DNA of 64,000 bases from Tricharina praecox (lineage: Eukaryota). The DNA is taken from the NCBI RefSeq assembly GCF_024521635.1, contig NW_026250403.1, positions 1,736,001 to 1,800,000 of the forward strand, in the 5' to 3' direction. Made by a program: the position numbers and the translations under genes. The notes under the pieces are model-generated. The model was not told the origin of the DNA. It saw nothing but the letters and a program-made list of their open reading frames with translations, and searched no databases. Position 1 is the stretch's first letter. Every line of letters starts with the position of its first letter. Below are positions 48,263-61,135 of this stretch, piece by piece.

Positions 48263-49825
48263 GAAGGCGGGAGACACGAGTGAGGGTTCGTGGAAGGATA
48301 GGTAGGCGCATCAACCGATGTGGGCCTCTCATGATTTTGAACGATTCCTCCTCAGCTTCTTCAAGCCACAACGCCGTCCTCCAGCCGGAAATGGAGGGTT
48401 GTACCAGGCGGCCATTGGACAAAAGGCTTCTCTTGGCAATCATTGGAACCCCTCGATCTTCGAGTGGTCACTGGTAAACCTGTTCTCCCTTGCGTTTGCG
48501 GCTGAACCTGCTGCCAAGAGAAAGGTTGATCGCCTCCCTACATACCGAGCTCAAGTGCAACGGTAGGGCTGCATCCACTGAATGAGAGTGCCAAGTGGTG
48601 CCTAACTTACAGCTACACATGTAGATATCCATCTCAAAGGTGCGTGTGCAGCTGAAGAAAAAAAAGAAACATAATTTTACACAGGGCTGAATATGAAACA
48701 GAAACCAACAATCGACTGTTAGCGGGAAAGCTCGTGCAGACGCCGTGGAGACTCGACATGTGGACCGGACCGACACCTTAAACCCCCTCCCCAGCAAAAA
48801 AGCCTATCCAGTTCTGGCTATCCCCGTCGATTCTCGGCATCACATAAGTGTCTATTCCCGGCAAGAATTTGGAACGCAGTAAGAGAATACGCCGTCAAAG
48901 TGGCGGTGGCGTAGTGCAACTTTGATGTGACTGGCTACTGCTGAACGGGCTTGTTAAGGTCAGGGTCAGATGAGGTGTCGGTTCTCTCATTAGTGTTTGT
49001 ACGGCTCCAGGGAGTTTCACTTCACAAGGCGAAGCTTGAGGATCTTGGTGTATAATCTTCAGGATCTTGACTACTCAAATGGGACAAAAAGGATCATTGT
49101 TCGGGGTGTCGCGAACATCAATTCCAATCCCATCCCCAACCGTCACAATTCCTCTCGCGATGGAGAAACAATACTGTATAGGTACACCGCAGATGCGGCC
49201 AATCATGTGTACTCATGCCGCCGAGATCTAAGTATTCTGTAGCGCGGTATAAATGTTGATAAGACACGAGTGATTCGGCTCCTGTGCTAGCTGGAAGTGT
49301 ATAAAAGAAGTGTGCACATTTAATCTTCCAAGTTAATACTTTATACCTCATTCTTCAACCCGGTACCGAAAGCTGGTACTTACACTTTTGACTGGCATCA
49401 ACCCTTATCTTATCAATCCAGACCACAACAAAACAGATCTCGGCGACATGAGTTCCTACAGCCACGGGCGGCGGGCCCTGGCTTCATGGCGGCTTTAATT
49501 TGTTAACACCAATGACTATGAGTGATGCCTGTTCATTTACCTTCGGGTGCGGTGTGTGTATGTACGTCATTTTATTAGGGTTTAAGGTTTGTAGCTAAGT
49601 ATGCACTCTCTATCACTCGCCTCCACGATGTCGCTTCGAGCGATGTGCCTTAAGCTCGACAAAGCAAACTTCTGATTGGAGAAACGTACAGCTCTCTCCT
49701 CCTCCTCTCAACCCACTAACAAAACACAGCCGGGGAAGTGTTTCTCAACCTAGAACACCATAAGAACCTTCTCACCACGAACAATCCTCTCCACCTCAAT
49801 CTCAGCCAAAACCATTGTCCTAGCC

Positions 49826-51195
49826 ATGTCTGAACCCATCATGAAATCGAATGCCCCGCTGTATGTGTTGATCCCGCCTGCATTAACTGTACTGCTTGTC
49901 TCAGCGATCGCACTGTGCTTCTTTCTCATTCGCCTGCTCTTTGTCATTTCAACCTCATCGGAAATGGCGACTGATTCTTTAGATTCTGCACCACTACCAC
50001 AAGCCTCGAAGCCGAGCCACCCACGCCCCCTCAGGTCCCTAAGAACTGCAGGATTCTTTGGAGCGAGCAGAATCAAGAGATAGCACATCGCGTCCTCAAA
50101 GAGTACACGTACGGTACTCTCCGACTAAATGAACATGCCGCAAGTCGTATCTGCAGTTGCGCTTTCCCAGGGGCCCCGACGTCCAGCCTTTCGTTTGAAC
50201 AGCAGGTCTTTAATATAGAAAAGGATACCAACGGGGTTTTCGTTGGCTTCAGCGTTTACGAAGCAGTCACCGTTCTCAACAACCTCGACAAATTGTACGA
50301 TTTGAAGGGTGAAGAACGCAAGTTCTTTATGAACTACCTTCTCGATGTCGATTGTGTGATGGACGAGGGAGGGGTCCAAGGTGCTGGTGGCGGATGGGAT
50401 TTGACCGAAGAACCCCCCAAGATGCTCAGTGAATCCGATTGGAAGAAACTCCTCGACCTCTACCACTACAGTATCCTCGAAGCCGAGACCAACTTGATGC
50501 TGGCTACACAAACCCTCCACCAGATGCATCAGGTCGGCTTCCCGGTTCCTTTTGCGCACAGCACTGCGCTGCAGACCCATGGAGACGCCGTCACCGGGAC
50601 GTCCATTACCGGTGAGACACAGGTTCGCCGCACCCTCAAACCGGGTGGGGAGACTCATTCCGACAGGTTCGGAAACATGGTATGGCGCCTCGTGTGGAGC
50701 CACGAGCTTCATCGCGAGATGCACTGCCGTGAGTGTACCCCTCCCATGAGCGAATGGAATTTCGACGAACCCCCTGTCCAAGAGACCCGGATACGCCACG
50801 GCGAAGAGTCCGTCGTCAGGTTTTATTTCCAGCCGAACGAGGAAACCGATGGAACCCTCTACGTCGGAATCAACCGTCAGAATGCAACCGCAATCGTCGA
50901 ATTCGAGGAGAGCCCATACGAGGCGACCCCCGATCCTAGAGAGTGGGCCGAGCATCGCGTAGCTGAAACCGAGGCTCTTGCTGTTGCCATGGGATGTGAT
51001 CCGCTCCCTAAGTACCAGCCGAAGCTCCCGAAGCCGGAGACGACCCCCACGTGGAAATACTGCAACGACATCCAGAAGCGCGCTGAAAAGCTCCACAGTG
51101 AGTTGATCGCTTACAGTAAGGCTCGCGAGGAAGTTGTTAAAGGTGCAGAACATGCAGCTACCGAGAGTGATCCTGGTAATGTTACAGGCGGGTAG
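49826..51195 (+). CDS. Hypothetical acidic protein (415 aa); exons 49826-49860, 49983-51195
   Basis: Canonical intron gtatgt...gactgat...ttag joins MSEPIMKSNAPL to a frame that is open from 49983 to 51195; no motif recognised. Confidence 0.7.
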
Positions 51196-51515
51196 TTGGA
51201 TCACGGGACTTGGAGAAAGAAGATATTTGTTGAGAACCAAATGGGCGGGAGAAGGGTCAAAATGGCGGTGGTTTTTTTCTCGATGTTACAGATTCTACTA
51301 TGCTAGTATTTCGTTGCAATTGCTAAGAGAAATGTGAACTATCCTCTTACCAGTGATTATCCATCGTATGTATCATACATCCCATGAGATCGTCGGAAAC
51401 AATAATGGATGCTCAGTCTGAACCCTCTGCTGGGGAAATACTGTACGGGAGACGAAAAGATATGATAGTAATTCAATGTAGTCTAAGGGAGTCAATGGAA
51501 TATTAAGAAAAAAAA

Positions 51516-52334
51516 TCAACACCCTCCACCACCACCGCCACCACCTCCACCTCCCCCACCCCCTCCTCCACTGTCACCTCCCCCACCCCCACCCCCTCCT
51601 CCTCTCCCTACCCCTCCCCCTCCTCCACTATCACCTCCACTGTCACCTCCACCACCGTCACCTCCACCTCCACCACTATTTCTACCACCCCCTCCTCCAC
51701 CACCTCCTACTCCACCAATATCTTTACCTCCAGTCCTACCGGCGTCATTCCTGCTATTCAATCCTATCCCGTCAAAAACACTTGTATCCGAAGCCATAAC
51801 CGCCAGACCACTGATGAGGACCCTAAGAACCCAATCCTCATCGCCACCAAAGACTTCCAGCACATCCCTGTCGCTATCCTGACACCACAGGGCCAACAGC
51901 CTGCCACTCGCCTCCTCCACCAACTTCCAATTGCCCAGGGCGCCCTCCCCCTCGCCATTCGGCGTCGTCTCCCAGATGTACTTCTGATCCAGCCGGAACT
52001 TCGGCAGCTCTTTCTGGAGAATGGGGGTTCTGCGTCCACTGGCGGGGACGATCCCGAGAACATAGCCGGACCATTTGCTGCCAAGAATGGCGTCTGCAAC
52101 CAGTGGACCCGTGGCGCTGTCGCGCTTGACAATTAGGTTGTGGCTGGCGGCGCAGCGGAAACCGCGCGAGTGCAGCGAGGCGAAGTATAGTGGGTCCGCC
52201 TTCGAGGAGGCCGCCGCAGAGTTGGTGATTAGGAAGTCGTTCTTTCTTGGCCGTGGGGATGAGGCATCGCGAGTTATGTAAAGGATCAGGGTGGGCGTGG
52301 GTGTCATGGTGTTTTGAACCGTTCGAGACATCAT
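51516..52334 (-). CDS. Hypothetical protein with poly-Gly C-terminal tail
   Basis: 272-aa intronless ORF; globular-looking N-terminal ~190 aa, then a G-rich tail ending GGGGC. Confidence 0.6.
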   Translation of the reverse strand: MMSRTVQNTMTPTPTLILYITRDASSPRPRKNDFLITNSAAASSKADPLYFASLHSRGFRCAASHNLIVKRDSATGPLVADAILGSKWSGYVLGIVPASGRRTPILQKELPKFRLDQKYIWETTPNGEGEGALGNWKLVEEASGRLLALWCQDSDRDVLEVFGGDEDWVLRVLISGLAVMASDTSVFDGIGLNSRNDAGRTGGKDIGGVGGGGGGGGRNSGGGGGDGGGGDSGGDSGGGGGVGRGGGGGGGGGDSGGGGGGGGGGGGGGGGC

Positions 52335-53447
52335 GGTAGTGAGTTCGTTGGTATGTATTCGAGTCGTTGAATTGTTCGTCGGTTCGAAGGAATTGGCCTG
52401 GCGGACGATCAGGTTTATATCCTTCGTACATTCTTCAAATGCAGCCCCATAATCTTCAACTTAGTAAGGTTGATCTCCATGCCGTATTTACGGCGGTATG
52501 TAGATCGATACGCCTAAGATGATCGCCGTGCCACCAAATTACACGCGCAGCACCGCCCCGCAGAATCGCTGGGTATAAGCGCAGTCGCCCAAAACACAGT
52601 AAAATTCCGCAAGGATGAACTGATGATTAATCATCCGACGTAAATCTCACAATAGTAACAAATTGATTGCGAAAACTTGCAAGGGGGTGGAACTTGGTCC
52701 TGAGCAGTGAGCATGGGATACTCTAGTTACAGCCGGGGCCCGGTGATTCGGCCATCATAAGAATCAAGCCTGGGCTATGGTACCCACTGTAGGCGTTCCT
52801 CCCCAGCCACAGCAAGCCGATCTGGACTACACACCCCTCTTCGTCGCCGGTGGAGGTTAGAACTTCCGTATCTACTGCTCCTATCGGCCTGCGATCTCGT
52901 ACGACCTTTGCGATCATCTGTAGCGGTAAAGGGCTGTGTGAATACGATGTTCACCGGCAAGGCTGAACCATGGCATGCGCATTGCGCATTGGGAGGTAAC
53001 TAACTTGAGCCTTTGGATCTATCTAGTGAATAATCTGTTTCTAGGGGTTCTATGGATAGCCGGTACCGTATGAGGATTTTATGGAACCTCTTCCATGAAA
53101 TCCGCTGGGGAGATTAAGCGGAAGTGGAAATATTGAAGGATGTACTAGGTAAATGTGCGGTGGATATGTGTCAAACTTTAGTCGCCCGGAGACGTCGGCA
53201 TGAATAAGGTTTCGCGGTGGAAGGTCGAGACTTAATCTCGACGGCTGCGACGGACTGTCGACCAGTATATGGTTACGCGACGGCGGCTAACTTTGATCGG
53301 TGGCCAACCTTGGGCGGCAGCTAAAATTCAGTTCTGTGGGATATACAAGTGGGTGCGATGCCACTGCGATGATTACGTTTCCACATGTACGCGGTTAAGT
53401 GGTATAAAACTTCCGTACAGTGAGCGACATCTAATGCTCTCTAGCGT

Positions 53448-56400
53448 CTATAGACCATTTATTTCCCCGACCTTCCACGTCTCGATCCCCACACCAACAA
53501 CCACCACCGCATTTACACCATCATCAGTATCGACTGTCACCGCCCCGCCCAGATCAGCCACCATACTACTCACTCCGCCCAGGGCCTCCAACCGCCTATT
53601 CCAAATCTTAACCCTCTGGTCCACACCCGCCGTAATCACTCCCCCGGCCACAGGTAGGATTGCTGTAACAGCACTTGTGTGCGCGCGATCCACAAGGGTA
53701 CACGCCAGTGATTTCCACTGGTTATGGGAGTACTCCATAGCGATCGAAGCGATGGCGCAATCGTCGCCGCCTGTGAAGAATGTGATTTTCCCTGAGTCCA
53801 GAGAGTAGTCGACCGAAAGCGCCTTGATCCCGCTCTGGTGCACCCGTTGCCTCCACACTTGCCGCATCGCCAGCTCACCAACGTCGTAAATAGCCAGATG
53901 TCCATCCGTCGCTGCAACCAGCAGCGCTATTTTCCCGTCATCCCCGCCCAGAGGAAGGAACTTGGCATGTAGGAGACAGCAGCTGCCGTACGCCGCCATC
54001 CCCTTTAGCGTCCATACGTTCCCATTGTACGTCCAGACTCTAACGAACCCATCACTCATACCTGCCGCGACGTAGTGCACTCTATCACGCTGCAGCACGT
54101 CCAGTCCGCAGATCCTCGTTTCGGCCTCTTGCTTTGGCACAGGCAGGAAGCTCTCCTCCACGATGCCGATGCACCCCATGTTATCCACCCGCACACGGAA
54201 AACCAGAAGTTCCTCCACGCCACCAGAGGAGAAGAGACGTTTTCCGTCTGCGCTCCATTCCAGATGCAGCACACCCGTAGTGTGGCGCTTGACCGTCACC
54301 GCCCCCGGCTCGCGGACGGTACCGTCTGCGGCGACGAAGGAAATGCGAATTGTCGTGTCTTCTGCCCCGGTGGCAAGGAGGCGGGTGGTGGGAGAGTATG
54401 CGACGGTTTTGATCTCGCGGCCGTGTGAGCCGTATTTGAGGACTGCGTGCCGAGGCCGAATGGACCGGTTTAGTTGGAGACGCGTGGCTTGTGTCCAGAT
54501 GAACCAGGGGGTGAGGGCGGAAGGAGAGAAGGTCCAGGCCCGGTGCCCACCGCCGCACTCAATGCTAAGTGTGTCTGAGGACGTCACCGTGTTGTAGACT
54601 ACAAAACGGGTGCCCCGGAAGCCGTAGAGGTGGAGGGAGCCGGCCGTGAAGAAGAGACCGACGATGTTGGTTATGTTGCCCGGTCGAGTGATATGCGTAG
54701 CCTCCAAGCTCGGGAGGGTGTGGATTGTGTAGACGCCTGTGAATGAAGTGGTGTAGAGGGTTGTAGGGGAGGTGGGGGACAGGGTGATACAGGTTATTGC
54801 GTCGGTGCTGTACAGTTCTGAGTGGTAGGACGTGGGCTGTAGCTCCAATCCTGCCGATTCTGGAGCAGGCAGGGCATATACCGCGAGATCACCTGTTCTC
54901 GACCCAAGGAATACCTGTCTCGTTCGCTGCGAAACGAGTGCCGAAGTGACAATAAACCTCTGTGGTGCCGGGGACAGTAAGACGACAGAGTGCCGTATCG
55001 GTTCCCCATCCTCTCGCAACATGAACGAGTGCAATGTGAATGCGGCAGCGCCCACAGACGTGGTGATGACTTGAAAGTAATCTATCATTTTGCTCAATTA
55101 CATGCCGACAGTGGTGATTCTCTAAGCAAGTATAAGGAAACGCACCTCCATCCTTACCACTCACGAAGACATCCGCCACCTTTCCTCTGCCGCCGCCTTC
55201 CCACCACCATGATCGGTCATTGTCGATATCGAAGATACCGAGTTTCCCTTCATTATCTCCGACTGCCAGTACCGCGTTTCCCTCCCACACTCGGATAGCA
55301 GACCATTTCACCAATGCATCCCAACTTCCGAGGGATTTCCATGTGTTGTTCCGCATGTTGTGAAGCATAACCTGGCCATAAACAGTAGTAGCGATGAAGC
55401 GTTCGCTGTCCACCACAGCATAGTTCTTGAATCCATCCATCGGCTTGTTCTTCTTTTTCTTTTTCTTGACCACCTTCTTCTCTTTCTTTTCCTCTTCATG
55501 TTTCTCTGGCGTAGGCTCCACTTCCTCAACAGGCGTTGGGGGTGTAGGTGGTGGCGTAATCACATCCTCGAATAGCCAGTCTTGGTGCACCTCCGCATCA
55601 TCCGAATAGTCCACCAGTCCCACACGCCCGTCATTCCCACCGCTAGCCATCAGCTCTCTTTCGGTATCAATCGCAAATGCCCAAATACTCTTCCCCTGAT
55701 GCAGCAACCATGACTTCGTGATCTCCATCGTGGCCGTCTCCTCGGGTTTCGGCGCAAACCCCCAGAATTTTGCCGTCAGGTCTTCCGAGATAGAAACAAG
55801 CCTGACTTGTCCTGCCTCTGCGGGCAAGAACCGGACTCCCCATGGCCGTGCCTGGTGACCCCAGCCCATTCCCACACACCCACGACCGCCCTTCGCCTCG
55901 CCAACAACCTCGCCAAAGCCTGTAGTTTCCCTCCCCCCATCCCCGTCTCCTTCCCGAGCCATCAAGTCCCACACTCTGACCGTCCGGTCATCGCTACAGC
56001 TCGCCAGCCACCTCATCTCATCATCGAACTTAACGGCAAAAACGCTCCCCTCATGCCCTCTTAGCCTCCTCGTCACCCGTCCCAGACTCTCGCCATTCCA
56101 GCTCCACACAATAATCTCACCAAACACCGTTCCAGCCGCAACCGTCACGCCGCCATCGGAGCCGACGAATATATCGGCCGAGTAGAGCATCGTTCTCTCC
56201 GCGTCGCAAGGAACAACCTCCCACTCCCCTTTCTCCCCGTAGACCATCAATTCATTGTGTGCGCTCACGGCGACCACACGCTTGCCGATAAGTGCGGCGG
56301 TGAGAACCCAATCTGGCGCTCTAATCTCGTCCCCGACCTCCTCGGTAGCTTTGTCCAACACATCATCGCCAGTCGTCACAGATATGCTCCTCCCTCCCCA

Positions 56401-56613
56401 AAATAGCACGTTCTTCCCGTCGAGACTCGGAAGTATTCCGTGGATTCGATCGCGCGCAAAGACTCGTTTCTTGCGCGGTGGGGAGGAGGATAACGGTGCA
56501 AGCAAGAAGATGTTGATGCATGTTGCTTCGCCGGCGAGAAGCTGGGTACGCAGAAAGGCGATTGAGGTTATAGGTGCAGTTAGGGAAACCGACGTAAGAG
56601 GTGCGGGTGGCAT
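53448..56613 (-). CDS. TRM734: WD40-repeat protein WDR6/Trm734 (Rtt10)-like; one intron at about 55145-55082
   Basis: VAAGTVFGEIIVW, GHEGSVF, SCSDDRTVRVW, CGGGHRAW, HGREIK, TGAEDT, TGGDD, AGVDQRV. Confidence 0.85.
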
Positions 56614-56844
56614 TGTGGTGGCGCACGGCTGTCGTTGAAGGAGTTTTTTTGGTGGTTGGTGGGGTCGGCTCGGTTGGTGGGGTGGAGCAGACCTAACCCT
56701 GGATGCAGCCTTATTTTGACGGACCGGCATATCATGCATAATTCCGAGCGTACATACAAGAGGATTATGTAGGCAGAGTAGATCTGCCGAAAGAATATTG
56801 ACCATCTAAAGAAAAAAATACATGACATATTTAATACACTGCCC

Positions 56845-59800
56845 TCATTTCGCCTTTGTCTTCTTGCCTCTCTTTGCAGGTTTCCGTTTCGGCGCTGCCT
56901 TCCTGCCCTTCTTCGGTTTCTCTACTTCTTGCGCCTTCTCCTTCGTCTCTCCCGCCGCGTCGTCCCCCTCCGCAAAATCTTGCGCGAATCTCTCCCTCAT
57001 CGACATCGGCTTCTTCTTCGGAGGCTCCTCCTCAGCAATATCTTCTCCATCCCCCTTCCTCTTCAGCAGTTCCATAGCCTTCTCAATCCTTGAGCTCTTC
57101 CCCGCAGGCCTAACCCTTGGCGCAAACGCACCTGTTCCGGTCGGACCTCCGAAGAAATGCGTGATATTCACCTGACCGCCCTCGACTGTCTTCTGGTTCA
57201 TATCTTTGATGACCGGCACAAGGATCTGATCTGTCCTCTCCTTGCTCCAGCCGAGGGTATTGATCAGGAATGTTCGCAGCCCCTCTAGATCTGGCACCCC
57301 CCACTCAAATGTGCTGGGATCTGAATCGACCTCGGGGTGGAGGTAGGCGTTGACAACTCTGGCATTCGGGAATGATGGTGGGAGAAAGATCTTTGCCGTG
57401 TTGGCGCGTTTGAATTTCCTACGGAAACGGGAGGATGACTCCTCAGGGGTGTCTGCACCTTGCTGAACCTTGGTCCACCACTCTTTGAAGCCTGCCAGAC
57501 CCTCATCTGCAAACTCGGCGAGGAGCTCGATGGCCGTGACAGGGCCGACATTCGGGATGCCCTCGGTGTAATCTGAGCCCAGTAATAGAGCAGCGGCGAT
57601 GAGTCGGTTCTGGTCAAGCGAAAACTCCTTCTCGAGATCTGACGTAAGGTAGCATTGTACAACCTGCTTATCGTTAAACATGTATCGATATACCCTCGTC
57701 CCACCGAACAGAAAGACGTCGGAGTCATCGGTGACGATTCCATCCACCAGCCCGAGCTTCACAAGCTCGGCGCATTGAGCTTCAGCCTCCATAGGCGCGG
57801 TGATGTAGGGCAGACCGAAGAGTGTAAGCAGTTGTTGACATTCCTGTATCATAACCTGAGTGACCTCGTCTGCATCCCGGCGGTCCTTCTTCTGTTGTGT
57901 GCGTAGTGATTTTAGCTCCTGTTCGTAGTCGAGGGCATTTTGCGCACGATTACCGCCGTGAGTGATTTCTGCTGCGAATCGAGCGTGTTCTGCTTGTTCG
58001 CGTTCCATTTGCAGTATGAGCTCGTTCTCGTCGGCATCTTCCAGCGCAAGCTCTTGAGGTGGAGTTGGCTCGCGATCGAAACTGATCTCGAAGTCATCCG
58101 GCTCCTCGATCTCATCAGGGGGTGGGGAAGGAAGGCGTATATTGGGTGGAGGTCCCATGCCGACGTCATCTAGTTGCGAGGCTGTAGTTGGAGGGAACTT
58201 TCCCTTGGATTCCAACAGTAAACTCTTGCCTTCGGTATCTGCAACTGCTGCGGTCGCGGCAGTTTGCGGGGCGGGTACGGTTTGCTCATCCTCGCTGTCG
58301 CTCCATTCAATCTCTTCATCGCTGTCTCCCGCAACTGGGAGTGCAGGCTGAACAGGTTCAGATTGAGGTGCTGATTCCGCCTTGTGACTATCAGGAGGAA
58401 TCGCTCTCAAACGCTCTGCGAGTTCGTCGGTGTTGATTGGCTCAGGCTTGGCCTTTCTCTGGCTAGCACTCGGGGCGACATCCAAGAACTCAACATCAGA
58501 GTCATCATCAGAAGAAAGCGATATTGGAGATCCCTCCCGTGGCTGTGGTGCTTCCAGTTCAGCGAACTGCTCCTTGGTGGTCTGCTTTGCCTTCTCGACT
58601 TCTGCAAGAATATCTCGTATACCGCCGCCACTAAACCATGGAGGCAAACGGACGGGTTCCTCCTCCTCCTCCGCTTTACTGGCTACTGCTGATTTAAGCT
58701 TGGGGTTGAGTGATAATGGCTTTTTATTCTTCCCAAAAAGAAAACTCCTGCTGTTACTCAGGTCTAATTTTCCAGGCAGTTTTCGCGCGGACATGCTCGA
58801 GGATGGTGTTCCACTGTTATTGTCGGTGTCGGTGGCAGTACTTCGATTTCTGGGCTGTGGCTTCAAGGACTCGGCAACTACCTGCTGGTAGGCGATGTCA
58901 TTGGTACCCTCCTCCCCCTGATCATCCTGGAATGAACTCTCCGTCGTTTCCACAGCCTTGCCCTTGCCTTTACCGTCGCCACCGTCTGTGTTCCCCAGAG
59001 ATGATGCGATAGCACGTTGCAAATCCTCGTCATCGTTCTCCACTTGGAATCCCCGATCTCTGAGCGACATGGCGATGGCATTGCGTAGATCCTCGTCGGC
59101 TTCTAATTCTTCATCCTCAATCTCAAACAAGACATCATCAATATCGCTTCCTAGAAAGAGCGCGTCATTCGCAGCGCCTGTATCCTTTGCCGACGACTTT
59201 CTCTTACTGCCCGTCTGTTCCATCCTCGAATCGTACAATGCTTGCCGCATTCTGATGGCCTCACCGCCTCGCAGTCTCGCCAGCTCTGGCGGTAACCTTC
59301 GCGGTCCTTTAGGCAAGCGATTCAGCCCTTCAACTGGAACGTCCTCAAACTCTACATCTTCGTCACTATCCTCAACTTTCAAATCTTCCTCTCCTAACTT
59401 CTCCACGTCGATCGGTTTGCTCTGTGCGCCCTCAAGCTCGCCTTTATTGCCGACGAATGTCATCGCCCAGCCAGTATCCTTCTCGTTCCTCACCATGACA
59501 TACTCTTTGTCCCTCTCACCCGCCACCCGGCCAATCATGAGATCCGCATCACGGCCCTGTAGGTTCATGAGTCGCTGCGAGAGTTCATTCCGCCGTACCA
59601 CTCGCTCAATCTGGAACTTCGAAAACGCCATGCGATTGGGGAACATCGCATCCAACTGCTCCATAGAATATCCCATCCTCAGTCTCGATCGTAACCGCGC
59701 TTGATTTATGATGCGATATCGATCCGCGTCCGGTAAGGCGGCAAAGAATGGCGAAGAGAAGTCGATGTCCGAGTAATCCGCCAAGTTCGTATCCTCCATC

Positions 59801-60480
59801 CCCTCGAACTGTCTCGCATACTCCTGAAGTTCATCGGCAGAGAGCATCCGGACATCATTCGATGCGCCGAACTGACTAAAGTCGTATTCCATCTCCGGCA
59901 ATTGGTATTGATCGGTTTTCTTGAATCTGGTCTTCCTACGCTGTTCCTCCATTGCCTTTCTCTGCTCGTCGGTCTGCTCGATTTCATCCACGTAAACCAT
60001 CTTCTCGGGCAGTGTCTCCCAGTCTCCTTCGTCGCCAGTAATTGGCCTTGTCTGTCAGCGTCTCGCAACTACCGGGATGGAACAAAGCTGTAGCGCATAC
60101 CCCTTCGAAATCTGCGCCTGCTCCTCGGCCCGCTTCTTAATCTGCAGCGCTAAAAGCTTCCTCGCCGTCTGTGCCGCATCTTCGCGTTTCCCCTCGCGGC
60201 GCTGTTTCCTTCCAGCAATTGTCTGCCGCTTCAACGCTGGCGCACCGCCATCGAACACGAACACCGGGCGAATCCCATGGAATAAGAGCTTACAGATTCT
60301 TCTGAAGAATCCAACAATGTGCGAGTTGTGCAGGGCGTTTCCATCCGCGTCGCGTACGGCTTTGAGGAACTGGTAGATCCAGATCGAGGCGTCGACCGCG
60401 AGGCGTTTACGAGCTAGGGTCTCAAGCTTGACGGGGCGGTGCGCAGGTTCGAGAATCTTCCAAAGGCCGTGGACACCCAT
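56845..60480 (-). CDS. RAD2: DNA excision repair endonuclease RAD2/XPG; exons 60480-60101, 60046-56845
   Basis: MGVHGLW, LAVDASIWIYQF, PVFVFDG (N domain); APMEAEAQCA, TDDSDVFLFG, LLGSDYT (I domain); basic C-terminal NLS. Confidence 0.97.
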
Positions 60481-60602
60481 CGCCGCGTGTAGTGGTTGTC
60501 GTGGTTGTGAATGTTGCGGGGTAGCATCGAGGAATGAATCATACAAGTAGGTAAGCTGTGGGTACCTTGTTCAAGGCAATGACTGTAATCAAGACAGCTG
60601 TG

Positions 60603-60628
60603 TGACGTAACATCGCCAAGAAACGCGT
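60603..60628. promoter_or_regulatory. CRE-like TGACGTAA and MCB-like ACGCGT in the RAD2/KMT6 divergent promoter
   Basis: tgacgtaa at 60603-60610 and acgcgt at 60623-60628. Confidence 0.4.
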
Positions 60629-61135
60629 AACCAGAGGATAGATCACCTGACGAGACGGGAGCGCTGATTCACACTGAATGAAGTTTCGTGTCGTACCACA
60701 CTAACCCCCTGCCACGGGATGTTCCAAGCGCGTCGAAACTACACCATCATCTTCCCCCACCAAATAACAACATCACGAATTCTCGAGTCCACATCCGCTC
60801 CACCAGCTCAATCCGACTGCGGTGAGCTATCTTAATCCCGCTATGGTTCGTGCCTCTGTCCTGCAATTAGACCTTCGTCGTCGCGCCCGCTTTGCTCTGT
60901 GTGAGGCTAACTTTGTGCAGCGTTTCAACCGACAACATCCCCATCGACGAGTCTAATCAACACCCCCATCCGCCATTATTTTTCTTACCACCGCGAATAG
61001 CTCACCCAGCTGCCATCACTAATACCTCCGACAAACGTACTGTCAGAAAAAACCACCTGCTCGTCATCCCCCTCGCCCCACGACTAATTAACGAGACCCC
61101 GCCCTCCACTTGTCACCTATCCGCCTACAGCTACA

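Noticed and set aside
49826..50083. 85-aa single-TM ORF
   Set aside because: The hydrophobic stretch is translated intron (49861-49982) of the 415-aa gene.
20808..56613. NCL1, TRM734 and tRNA genes as a tRNA-modification cluster
   Set aside because: Widely spaced among unrelated genes; chance co-location is sufficient.
60647..60742. CTGACGA-GACG...CGTC-GAAAC hammerhead-like core
   Set aside because: No partners for stems I and III, and loop II would be about 70 nt.
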